Below are positions 24,601 through 36,840 of a DNA stretch of 64,000 bases, one piece after another. Below the pieces are notes generated by a model. That model did not search any database and was not told where the DNA came from. It saw only the letters and a program-made list of their open reading frames with translations. How positions within the stretch are numbered: position 1 is the stretch's first letter; the number at the start of each line of letters is the position of its first letter. The translations under genes were made by a program, and so were the position numbers. Origin of the DNA: Narcine bancroftii (Eukaryota); assembly GCF_036971445.1 (NCBI RefSeq), contig NC_091473.1, positions 206,212,001 to 206,276,000 of the forward strand, written 5' to 3'.

Positions 24601-27208
24601 ATTAAAGAGGAAAAGGGATGCTATCCCTCTGATGACTTTTGGGGAGGATTAGTGGGAGCAGGGGTTTCTTCCAGGTGCGACCCAACAAAAAGGATGCCTT
24701 TTTTATGGTAGACACAGAGGCCACTAGATTACCATTAAACGTTATACCGAAGGGAGTTAGATTCACTAGTCAACAATTAAAGGTATTAGGGGTAAAATGG
24801 GAATAGATTTCCGCACCTATTTTGGAGCTCATTATGATTGGAACGGATCATGAGGACGTGATGTGGCAATTATTATATATTCTGGATACTGGGAGTAACC
24901 TCCAGGGTTGCAATTAGGGTTAGAAAAGAAGATAAAATATTTTGGATACTTGACAAGTAAGGGAAAAAGGAAAATTAGTCCTGAAAGTATTAAGGGAATA
25001 TTTGAACAGGTTCTCCCGAAATCAAATAAGGGACTGATGGCTTATTGTCGACTGTGGATAGATTCATATGCACAAAAGACTAGAAACTTATTCTTCACCT
25101 ATGGAATACTTCAAGAAACAATGCAAAAGATAGAAATAACATGGGATTTTCATACCCATTGCATTCTCCTTCCTCAGGATGGGTAAAACGAATGAATCAG
25201 ACATTGTCCAAATTGGTGCTAGAAACAAAGTTACCCCGGACTAAATGTCTGCGAATCCGAACAGCACCTCTAAGAAATGTCCGCATATTTGGGAAGAGAA
25301 GGGGAATTACATACTGTTGAAGTCATTGACAAATTTCTCAGGAACCATGTATTGGCGCTCGCTTCTTCTTTATTTGTTCTTACGAGAAATGGTCCGTGGG
25401 CCCAGACACCTCGCTCGAAATTTCCATTCACAAAAGAAGGGGAAGGACGCCAAGCTTCATGCAAGTTGGGAGGGGTCATTGTTAACGATCCTGATCACTG
25501 ACACAGTGATAGGAACTGCAGAAAAAGATGAACACATCACACCAGTGTGAAATGACCGGTGAGGATCCCTGCTGAGCCGACAACATTGCACATACATCCC
25601 ACCGAAAACTCGCTCAAGATCCTGTTTAAAAGACATTGAAGGTTATTAGAATAGGACTTCGAATAGTTTGTGAAACATAAGTTAAATATCTATGTACATC
25701 CCTCCTTCTTCTGTAGGAAGAAACATAAGATGGTGAGTGATATGCTGAATAGAGTTGTTAAATGGGAACCAGGGTTGCGCTGATTGGATTCATACCCCAT
25801 TAAGGAGAAGAATAGAATCCATCGTCAAGCCCCCAGGGCCACTAAAATTCACCATTATCATTCCTGAGAGTTCCAAACCACAGGTGATACGATTCGATGC
25901 TTGTTGTTTAATAATCGAAGAAGGATCAAAGGGTAATCCGAAAATAGTAGTAGAGGTAGTGGACCTTAAACAGACGATTGAGGGTGTGGCAGGATATGGG
26001 GATAGAAATGCCTGGGCAGAATAGATAAAATATATGGTGAAGTGTTTGAACAAGAGCAATTGCTATACATGCGCTTCTGGACGTCCGATAGCACACGTGG
26101 TTCTACCTCTGTTGGGATGGGGGAAAACTCACAAGAAATTAGGTGCATGATGGCTTTGAATCTGGATAGAGAGGCCTGGGGTAACCAGTCCTGTAAATCT
26201 CTGCCTTGATGTTCCCTACTCTGAAGAGGAATGATGTCTGTATTCCGCCGGCATTCTGGGCTGTGTCAGGGAATCACAGAGTCTGCATTTCAAGAGAAGA
26301 AAGACAGTTCACAAAGGACCAAAGAAAGCTACAACTAGACACAAAAGTACAAGACATGACAGAGGAGAGGGGAGGGAACCACTCAGCCTTGAATGTACCT
26401 CCAGTGGATCTATGGTGGTTCTTTCTCCCAACTGGAAGGGCACCTGTGCAGTCATTCAATTAGCCATACCCTTTATCATGGCATTTGAACGGGAGACGGT
26501 AATAGAGATAAAGGAAAGTAAGAAGGAGTTACTTGGGACGTTTTTCCATAACCAAATTTATATTGATTCAATTCGGGTATCAACGGGAAAACCTAATGAA
26601 TTTTAGGCACGCAATCAGATAGTAGCAGGATTTGATGCAGTTTAATCAGAAACACATGGTAAATAAAAAAAGGGGGGAATTGTGAAATATGGATGAAAAT
26701 GATTAAACTCGCACCATTCTGTGGAAAGTAATGGAACGCAAAGTATGTAGATAAAAGCTTGAGAGTTCACAGAACCGGCTATTGGGCCCATTCTTATCAG
26801 GAGAACCAAGAAGGCAAGGATCTGGTACAGGCTGGTACAGTGACCTAAGGTAGTTTATAGCTAGTACTGCGTGTGCTTAATAGAGACATGAATATTAACT
26901 TGGACGCCCCTAAGGAGGGAATGAAATAATTAAAATAACATGCGATGTATGAAGAGGGAGGAACAGATTGATATCTGGATTGAGGGAAGGGAGAAGGAGA
27001 ATTTTGTAATGTATTGGGATTCTAAATGGAAGAAGGTAAATGAAGGTGGGGTGATGTGCGCGCGGGACTGTACAAGAGAGTGATGATTCTGACACTCTGG
27101 TGTGTTTCCAGACCAGAGGCACCGACTCTGCAGACTGGAAATAAAGCTGAACCTGTTCTCCAAGACTTTGTCTCCAGAGTAGTGATTATGAACACTTTGT
27201 GTTTCACA
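21660..27208 (+). mobile_element. Endogenous retrovirus (class I, gamma/epsilon-like), internally deleted: LTR-gag-pro-pol remnant-env-LTR
   Basis: LTRs at 21660-22188 and 26681-27208; tRNA-Pro-like PBS TGGGGACTCACCCGGGAT at 22193-22210; polypurine tract AAAAAAAGGGGGGAAT before 26681. Gag reads MGNKSIKE.., AEQFDQFVGANVYTWGEM and zinc knuckle CYYCGKVGHFKHEC followed by TAG. Protease MVDTEA, RT piece YCRLWIDSYA, and env motifs CYTC and WKGTCAVIQLAIPF are present. Confidence 0.92.
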
Positions 27209-29874
27209 CAAGACACGAATTTGATGGAGAAGTTTAAATTAAAAAAAAATCGTTAGTCCAATTGGTTGCTTCATCTTTTAATTCGAAGGCAAAAGGAGTA
27301 GCAATATTAATTAAAAATCATTACCGATAAAAATTGTAGATACTATAATTGATCCTGGAAGAAGAAATATTTTGATAAATTGTCAAATTGTTTTTGAAAT
27401 GTGGACACTTATGAGTATTTTGCACCAAATGTGAATTACGAAGAAAAGATTTTTCTTTTTTTTCGGCTCAAACGCAGGAAGAGGTGATTTTTCATTGTTG
27501 AATTGTTCAATTATTGGATAAATAAGTTAAAACAATAAAGGGAGCTAAAGCGGCTAAGGCTAATTTATGTTTAATGAAGCAATTACATTTAGTTGAAATA
27601 TGGAGAAAGATGAATCCTAAAGAGAGAGATTATTCTTATTATTCTCATAGACATAATTATATTTGCTAATATCTTTTTATATTAGAACAGTTGCGAGAAA
27701 GAATTAATAATGTTGAATATAAAGCTAGAATATTATCTGATATGTCTCCACTGTTATTGACATGTTCAATTCTTGAGGGAAAAGGCGTGCTGCATAGATA
27801 AAGGTTTAATATTGCATTACTAAAAAGAGTGAATTTTTGTTATTTTATAAGAAAATAAATTTAATTAGTTTTAAAAATGAATTCTAATTCAGTAAGCAAT
27901 AAATGTATTATTTGGCATGCATCCAAAGCGAATTTAAGATGTCAAATAGTGTTGTTTGATTAAAATTAAAAAGGAATTTATAAAAGAACCAAATCAATTA
28001 GAACATCATAGAGGTAGATTAGAAAACAAATGTACAAAATAATCCTTATGAAATAAAAAAAAATTATTAATAAGTATAAGATCTACAATATAGTATTATT
28101 CATACATACAGAACTGTAAAATTATTTTTTAGCACCAGAGATATTACGAATTAGGTTAAAGGGTTCATAAACCTTAAACATTGCAATATAAAGTAGATCA
28201 GACATCTAGAGTGATTAATGCACTTTAAAAAAAAGTTCGGACTAGTTACAAGAAATTCATTATGCATTGAAAGAGTTTGATTCTGAATTATAATAATCGG
28301 GATAATTGCATGATGAAAATAAGATTAATGGTTTTGTAAAAGAAAAAAAAGTTACCTGGTTTAAATAATCAAGAACAAAATGAATGTACTTTAGTATTGA
28401 GTTCATTAGAAAATAATAAATCGTCAGGAGAAGGGGGATCTCCCGTATAATTTTATAAGAAATTTATGGATCTTTTAATGCATCAATTTAAGAAGGTGCT
28501 AAATCAAGCAATATAGGTACATTCTCTACCGGAATCTTTTTCAACTGAAATTATTACAGTAACAACAAAGGAAGATAAAGATTTCATGAGAGCAATATTT
28601 ATTATAAAATAATAGATAAAATGTTAGGAAATAGATTGGCAATATATTTATCGAAGTTAATACACATAGATCAAAATTGATTTGTTAAGGAGCAGAAATC
28701 TGCAGATAATTTGTTTGATTATATTAAAAACAAAGATTGATTTGTTTAAAACATTTAGTTCACATGATGTGAATTCTGAGTGTTGCAGTGCTTTTAAATG
28801 ATGAGAATGAATTTGGTAAATTAGAATGAGATTTGCTCTTTAAAGGTTTGGAGAAATGTTAATTAGGATCAATGTCTATAGATTAGGCTAAAATGTTATA
28901 TGATAAACCTAGTGCGAAGGTAGTGACTAATGGTCAGATTTCAACATCTTTTGATTTAACTAGGTCAAGTAGGGAAGTTTGTCCACTGTCACCAGCTTTA
29001 TTTGTTTTAACAATTGAATATTAGGCTGAATTAATAAGTCAGGATTCCAAGATTGAGGGTATTAATATAGATCAGGAAGAACTTTAAAATAAATTTATTT
29101 GCAGATGATGCTTTGATTTATTTAACAGATGCTTTAAATTCTTTACAACAACATAAATTCAGAATAAAATAAAAGCGAGAAATATCTGGTGATAAAATTA
29201 ATTGAGATAAAAGTGGAATTATGCCTTTAGTTAATGGGATTGTGCAAAATGTAACAAACTAATTGAATTTAAATGGACAGAAGTTGGAATAGAATATTGA
29301 GGTTTTCGTGCACAACCAGATTTAACAAAATTACTTAATTTGTATTATTTGTCCTTATTAAATAAAATTAAAGTGTATTTGATAAGATGGAATATGTTAT
29401 CTATTACATTAAAAGGTAGAGTAAATTGTGTTAAGATGAATGTTTTTTTCATCGAATACAAAATTAATTTAAATCAATTCCAATTGAAATTCCTCAAAAC
29501 AAATGTAAGGAATTCAACGTCTGTTTTAGAATGTTTCCATGCAAAAGAAAAATAGCAACAGTTTATTTGTTAAATGTAACATGGAAATATGATTTAGCAG
29601 GTTTACAGTTCCCCAATTTTATGAATTATTATAAATATGCCCAGTTGATATTTATGAATACAATGTATAGTTTCAATAAAATTCCAGCATGGGTGAACAT
29701 AGAAATGAATGACATTGGGGACATAAATCCTCAAGAATTCATTTAAAAATGGAATACAAGATTGGTTAATAGCGAATAGAGAAACATCCATAATGAAATA
29801 TTTAATTAAGCGTTGGAATAAAGTTTATGAAGAGATTGGAGGATAAGATTTATCTTCAAGAAGAACACTGTTAT

Positions 29875-31434
29875 GATAAATACAATTAAGATGAATATCT
29901 TTCCGCGTATACAATATTTGTTTCAATCTATTCCGTATTTACTTGACAACATTATTTTTCGAGAATTAAATAAAATGGTTAGGGAGTTTTTATGGAGGGG
30001 TAAATTTTCGAGTGTAGCTTTGGATAAATGAACTAGGAAATATGAGTTAAGGGGAATTACGTTTACCATATTTTCAAAATTATTATGAGGCAGCCCAAGT
30101 TAAATTTATTAGTTCATTGATGGATTTGGAACGGCCTTCTAGTTGGGACAAAATTGAGATGGCAAGTATTTTTGAATTTGGAATACATCAAGTTTTGTTT
30201 AGGCGGACTATGAATTTATTACAACAATATAATGAGCCTATACTAAAACATTTAACGAAATTATGGATAAAGAAATATAAAATGATAGGTTCTAGGGGTA
30301 AATTATTGGCTTTGACTCCATTGTATAATAATCAACTTATTTCTTTTTCAATACATAATCAAAGTTTATTGCATTGAAGTTTTAAAGGTGTGAAAATTTG
30401 GGGAGATTGTTTTAAAGAGGGTAAGTTTATATCTTTTAATCAGATGAGTGAAGATTTTGATATTGTTAAGAATTCTTTATTTCTTTATTTTCAAATTCGT
30501 TCTTTGGTAAAATGTATGTTTGGTACAGATATGATTTACCTAAAATGACTAGATTTGAGACTTCTCTTATGAATGTACCAGAGAAGGGTTATATTTCATT
30601 TATGCATAAAATATTGCAGGATGGTATGGATAAAAAGGTTTGGAATAGATCTAAAAGTAAATGGGAAGTGGATATTGCTTTTACTTGTTCTGAAGAGGAT
30701 TGGTTAGATATTTGTTATGATAGTGTAACTAGATTGATAAATGTACGTTATGCAATATTAATTATAATTTTTATATTAATTATATTTGATGCCTGGAAAA
30801 TTTTGAAAAATATGGTTTTACTGAATCAGATTTGTGTTTTAGATGTGGTGATAGGTTGTAACTTTTTTCATACAATCTTTTTGGAAGGAAATTCAATTGT
30901 TTTTAGAATATCTGTATAGTTTTAGATCCAAAAGTATTTTTATTGGGTAGTTTTCAACCTCTGAAACGCTTAGGATTAGATAAGTTTCAGCTTGCTTTTG
31001 CTTATTTAGCTTTATCCGTAGCGAAAAAATATATTGCTATTACGTGGAAAGATACAAATATGATTGATATTAATAGATGGCATAATAAGATGAAATATTG
31101 TTTAATAATGGAAAAAATTACGTATGTTTCGCATGTTAATTGTATTTTTGAATTAATAATTGGCTGTTATATTCGCAATATTCACATTTCAATTTATATT
31201 CGTTAGATATTAATATGTATATTTAACATATTTTAAATATGCTTTTATGTTTTTTTATGGCTCTCCTTAGGAGAGTTGGCTGAAGCGGCGGATATTTTTT
31301 CTTTTATTATATAAATATATAAAAATATTCATGTTCTTGTTTATGTCATGCTGTCTATGTTCATGTTTATGCTGTATCTTTCATATATTATTTGTTTTTG
31401 AACGAATAAATAAAGTTTTTTTTTAAAAAAAACA
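29875..31434 (+). mobile_element. 5'-truncated L1 nested within the older L1
   Basis: Repeats the KMNIFPRIQYLFQS region already passed by the host and ends in AATAAA plus an A-rich tail. 14-bp TSD AAGAACAC(T/C)GTTAT at 29861-29874 and 31435-31448. Confidence 0.85.
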
Positions 31435-31714
31435 AAGAACACCGTTATTTCAGAATAAATTTATTCCAATTTCTATGGAAAATCAATTTTCAAAGATTTG
31501 GAAAAATTATGGCATTAAGAAAATTGAAGTTTGTTTTGAAGATGGGATATTTATTACTTTTATTAGAATGATTTAAAACTTAAGGTATTTGAAAATACTC
31601 GATTTAATTATTATCCAATTAAAAGATTTTTATCTGAATGTGTTTGTCAAGATTTAATAGTATAAGCAGAAAGAAAGGCAGAATTTTGTTATTTCAAGTA
31701 TTATCATTTTCTCT

Positions 31715-32130
31715 TACATCTATTCCTACACTTTGGTTCCCACCTTCGTATCCAGTTTCAATGCATATGTGTCTCTTCAGCAAACCTTCTGGCAAGAATA
31801 TTTGTGCCCCTCCAGTTCAGATTTAAAATGTCCCGTTGGAACAGGTCCCACCTTCCCTGGAAAACAGCCCTATTATCAATTTATAGGGAACCTTCTCTTC
31901 TGCAGCTTTCCTTCAGTTCTATTCTTAAACGCACATGCACGTGGCACTGGTAGCAATCCTAAGATTGGTATCCTGTAGGTCCTGTCCTTTAACCTAGCTC
32001 CTAACGTCCTAACACATCTTTCAGAACCTCCTCACCCTTCCTATCCCCATGTGGACCACGGCATCCCTCCTTCCTGAGTATCAGGAGAATTCGATACGAT
32101 GCAGGCCAGTGTGCGGAGAGCCTCGTGATG
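31715..32130 (-). mobile_element. CR1 ORF1 (esterase domain) fragment
   Basis: The minus strand reads FQGRWDLFQRDILNLNWRG, matching the CR1 ORF1 WGRWDL..RDGLHLN.RG motif. Confidence 0.6.
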
Positions 32131-32539
32131 TACATATCTTCCAATGTGAATATGCACTGTAGCTTTATTCCACTGTATTAGGATACATCTAGGATTCGGT
32201 TACTTCACGTAAGTTCCGGCTTACGTGTCACCTCCCAAATATAAACCTCACATTCTGAATTAAACTCTATCTACTATTCAACTGCCTACCAGCCTAACAG
32301 TTCAAGACAAAATATGTGGCAAAGGTCTTCACTATCTAAAATTACAGACACTTCAGATTCATCCAGAAATTTGATAATCCCCCCACGTACAGTTTCATTT
32401 TAATGATTGATGTAGATGACAAACAGAAATGGTCCCTGCATATAAGCAAATAAAGAAATAACGTCATCTCTGAGCTATTAGCCATTACATACTAGAGAAA
32501 CAATTTCGCAGAAAGAGAAAATTGCTCAGACATATCAGG

Positions 32540-33060
32540 GACTGGAACATACTACAAAGAGACACTTCTCTCCCATTAGGTCCTGCGGTAAGCATAGTGT
32601 TGAGACACTGTTCCTTACTAATAATTTCAAGGCTCCACGGTGCTTTTCTCCAAAAATGCCTCCTGTGGGAGCCTAAGTTTTGTTTCACTTCCGCATATGG
32701 AAATTATTGTGCGTTGTTGCACGATCGTATGGCGAAAATTCATTGTCACAAAATCGTTTGAGCTCACGCCAGAAGAATATTGAAATGTTAGAATGAACTG
32801 CAGTTACCCATCAACATTTATTGACGACACTGTTATTTAGTACAGTTGGAGAACTGAAGAATAGTCAAAATATCTTCCTGAGCTATTGATTAATTGATTT
32901 GAAAAGCGATCACGATTCTCTAGTCCAGAGTTATGCTGGTTATCATATGAGTTTTAATTTATTCCTTAAGCTATCTCTGTGATCCATGTATTTGATGCCA
33001 AAGTGTTTGTGTGTGTACCATGATGCGGGTAAGCAGCGGATCCGAACATAGACAAATACC
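32540..33060 (+). pseudogene. TCR V pseudogene related to the intact V
   Basis: Donor G/GTAAGC at 32588. Exon ~32725-33028 reads SYGENSLSQN..NVRMNCSYPSTFIDDTVI*YS..SKYL..FIP*AISVIHVFDAKVFVCTM. The heptamer is missing; the nonamer ACAAATACC lies at 33052-33060. Confidence 0.8.
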
Positions 33061-33652
33061 CGGTAGTTCAAGCGTGTCGTCACCAAAAGTCACACTTCCT
33101 CCGACACAGAACAATTTTCTTCAGTTTATACATGAATGAACATGGAATTTCATCGTTTTTCACGTTCAATTGGTTTCAAAATCAGGATAAAATATTCTTT
33201 GATTCAACCAATCATATTCTGTAGCCGGTAAATTATTGACAATGCAAGAGATATTTTGGAGTACCACAGATATTGTACCTATTGTACACAACGGAGGAGG
33301 TTTTAGTGTTGTGTGCGTGAGCTGACAGGGATGAAGAAAAGATAAAAGTGAAATGTATGTGCCATCGAGATCTAATCGTGACGGATTAAATCCAGAGATC
33401 TTTTTTTCAGATTAAATATAATGCTTTTCCTCTTGTTCATTTGGATTATATTGCACGTTTTACGTGGTGAGTTCGTGTTTCGATGGCGTTGTTCGGATTA
33501 GCTTCCTGAGTGCTCAGAGTCATGAATAGTTATAATACATTTATTGGCATTCATATTGTACAATATAAAAATGTGCAAATACATATATTCGTTTTTGCTG
33601 AAACCCAACGCCTAGCTGCTGAGTAAACAACAGTATGCGTTAAATTAATTAT

Positions 33653-35329
33653 CTTTGGCTTGGCTTCGCGGAAGAAGATTTATGGAGGGGGTAAAAAGTC
33701 CACGTCAGCTGCAGGCTCGTTTGTGGCTGACAAGTCCGATGCGGGACAGGCAGACACGGTTGCAGCGGCTGCAGGGAAAAATTGTTTGGTTGGGGTTGGG
33801 TGTTGGGTTTTTCCTCCTTTGCCTTTTGTCAGTGAGATGGGCTGTGCGGTCTTCTTCAAAGGAGGTTGCTGCCCGCCAAACTGTGAGGCCCCAAGATGCA
33901 CGGTTTGAGGTGATATCAGCCCACTGGCGGTGGTCAATGTGGCAGGCACCAAGAGATTTCTTTAGGCAGTCCTTGTACCTTTTCTTTGGTGCACCTCTGT
34001 CACGGTGGCCAGTGGAGAGCTCGCCATATAACACGATCATGGGAAGGCGATGGTCCTCCATTCTGGAGACGTGACCCACCCAGCGCAGCTGGATCTTCAG
34101 CAGCGTGGACTCGATGCTGTCGACCTCTGCCATCTCGAGTACTTCGATGTTAGGGATGAAAGCGCTCCAAGGGATGTTGAGGATGAAGCGGAGACAATGC
34201 TGGTGGAAGCGTTCTAGGAGCCGTAGGTGATGCCGGTAGAGGACCCATGATTCGGAGCTGAACAGGAGTGTGGGTATGACAACGGCTCTGTATACGCTTA
34301 TCTTTGTGAGGTTTTTCAGTTGGTTGTTTTTCCAGACTCTTTTGTGTAGTCTTCCAAAGGCGCTATTTGCCTTGGCGAGTCTGTTGTCTATCTCATTGTC
34401 GATCCTTGCATCTGATGAAATGGTGCAGCCGAGATAGGTAAACTGGTTGACCGTTTTGAGTTTTGTGTGCCCAATGGAGATGTGGGGGGCCTGGTAGTCA
34501 TGGTGGGGAGCTGGCTGATGGAGGACCTCAGTTTTCTTCAGGCTGACTTCCAGGCCAAATATTTTGGCAGTTTCCGCCAAGCAGGACGTCAAGCGCTGAA
34601 GAGCTGGCTCTGAATGGGCAACTAAAGCGGCATCGTCAGCAAAGAGTAGTTCACGGACAAGTTTCTCTTGTGTCTTGGTGTGAGCTTGCAGGCGCCTCAG
34701 ATTGAAGAGACTGCCATCTGTGTGGTACCGGATGTAAACAGCGTCTTCATTGTTGAGGTCTTTCATGGCTTGGTTCAGCATCATGCTGAACTCATGCCAA
34801 ACTGCATGAGTTTTTCAAGCTTTGTTGGGACCAAGGAAAACTGCCTCAGGACCTTCGTGATGCCACCATCATCACCCTGTACAAAAACAAAGGCGAGAAA
34901 TCAGACTGCTCAAACTACAGGGGAATCACGCTGCTCTCCATTGCAGGCAAAATCTTCGCTAGGATTCTACTAAATAGAATAATACCTAGTGTCACCGAGA
35001 ATATTCTCCCAGAATCACTGTGCGGCTTTCGCGCAAACAGAGGAACTACTGACATGGTCTTTGCCCTCAGACAGCTCCAAGAAAAGTGCAGAGAACAAAA
35101 CAAAGGACTCTACATCACCTTTGTTGACCTCACCAAAGCCTTCGACACCGTGAGCAGGAAAGGGCTTTGGCAAATACTAGTGCGCATCGGATGTCCCCCA
35201 AAGTTCCTCAACATGATTATCCAACTGCACGAAAACCATCAAGGTCGGGTCAGATACAGCAATGAGCTCTCTGAACCCTTCTCCATTAACAATGGCGTGA
35301 AGCAAGGCTGTGTTCTCGCACCAACCCTC
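33653..35329 (-). mobile_element. Young RTE-clade LINE, 5'-truncated with a 5' inversion
   Basis: Minus-strand ORF 33705-34784 contains LLFADDA and a C-terminal C2HC motif. The plus-strand piece 34791-35329 encodes the immediately upstream RT region (..NYRGITLLSIAGKIFARILLNR..GVKQGCVLAPTL). Perfect 12-bp TSD TAAATTAATTAT at 33641-33652 / 35330-35341. Confidence 0.95.
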
Positions 35330-35577
35330 TAAATTAATTATAAATAAATAATAAATAATAAATATGAAAGATATGTGAATAATAAATATTCATAATTACC
35401 ATCGTACAATAACATAAATAGGTTACAATAGTTTCTGAGAAATATTGTTGACATCGTTGGAGATCATTCAATGTATTAGTATCACTTCAGTTGAAAGCCG
35501 AAGCAGGACAAAGTTTAACATTGTATTGCCATTTTATGGTCGGCCCAGTATCCCAGAGAGTCAAGCAAACATCGACT

Positions 35578-36100
35578 ATGGATATTGTGCAGAGCTGTCA
35601 GCTGATCTCATAGCCAGGTATGCTTTTTATTATCTTCATAATTCCTGTCTCCGACTTTGCCACGCATCATTGAATGTCATTGAATGGTCTCTATTTTTCA
35701 TTCCTTTTTTCTATTGTTAGAGCGCCGGGCAATGCTCATGACGACATTTTATTTGGCTTACGGCAGACAAAAGTTGGAGTATATCACATTATTAGTGTGG
35801 TACTACGTGAAAATAAAGGGAACATTTGAAACCAATACTGTGGCAGATCGGTCGTCGTTTTGACTAAATTGTAACGTCAAGACAGCCCACCGAGAGACCA
35901 ACACTTACTCGATAAGCAGAAGTACCTGCCTTTTTGCGGCAAGTAATAATTTCCGTGCACTAATTAGTTGCACATTGCAGATAACAATGAACGTACTATC
36001 ACAAGCTTTTATCAAGTATATCTGTGAATCAACAAAAACAGTTACTCAGGTTACATATTTTATGCTCCTTCCACAACATGTCCAGAACTCAATCTCTTGC
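35578..36100 (+). pseudogene. Probable decayed TCR V relic interrupted by a short retroelement tail
   Basis: Leader-like ATG at 35578 ending in G/GTATGC; acceptor TTGTTAG at 35720. After a ~90-bp insert it reads TVADRSSF*LNCNVKT..TY..KQK ... VYL*INK..TYF, followed by a weak heptamer CACAACA. Confidence 0.4.
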
Positions 36101-36840
36101 GACATTTCAATCAAAGATACATAGAATTATCATGAGCAATTATCTAATTGGCATTCTTATCTGGGTAACTACGTCGTCATATATTCGAACACTTGGAATG
36201 ATCTTTGTGCTGAGAAGACGACTCTCCTTGATTCCAGCTCCCGCAGAGAGAATAATCACTAGCAAAGGATAAAGGTTCCTGCTCAAATTAAGCCGGTTAT
36301 GAGATACCAGATAACAAATTACCCGGGAAACGACCTTAGCTTCCCCAGGAGGACAGCATAGATGGTATCTTCCTTTCCTCACAGCGACATGATAGGATTC
36401 ATGTTTGATTCCAAATCTGGCATCAAATCCTCCATCTGATCCATCCTGATTGAAATGCCCATGTAGTCCCAAAAGTATTTGTCTTAAAGCCTCCTATGCC
36501 GACCTTGACGTTCGTCCCATCGCAAACAATTTCTGTGATTTTTTGCAGGTGCCAATGGCACTGATTCAAAGAACCAATGTCCGCCTGAGCTGAATGTTGA
36601 AGAATTACAAAATGAGGCTGAACTACTGTTGACCGCCAACATTATCTGCTTTAAGCATCTTGTGATTCCTGCAGTATCCCGGAGAAACACCTGTCTATGT
36701 ACCGAAGATTTTGCCCACTGCATACAGTGACCGGTCACCTAATTTCACAGTTAGGTGTTTTGCTGTGTATTGCAATTAAACTCTGTTGATACATTTGCTA
36801 CATTGCTCCGTCGTCATCTCAGCCGAGAATGTGTGTCTTT

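Larger units (their letters stand above)
19520..31700 (+). mobile_element. Decayed near-full-length L1-clade LINE hosting an ERV and a second L1
   Basis: ORF1 remnant MDMLEKQSRRNKYTFLGLKEDFEGTKDP; ORF2 start LNFLSFNVNG (~21556). The endonuclease LLQETH-like motif is split by the ERV. RT motifs CPLSPALF and LFADD lie at ~28980-29110, and the element resumes after 31448. Confidence 0.85.

Noticed and set aside
21656-27212. TSD for the ERV
   Set aside because: The flanks CGAC and CAAG match at only 2 of 4 positions, so no TSD is claimed.
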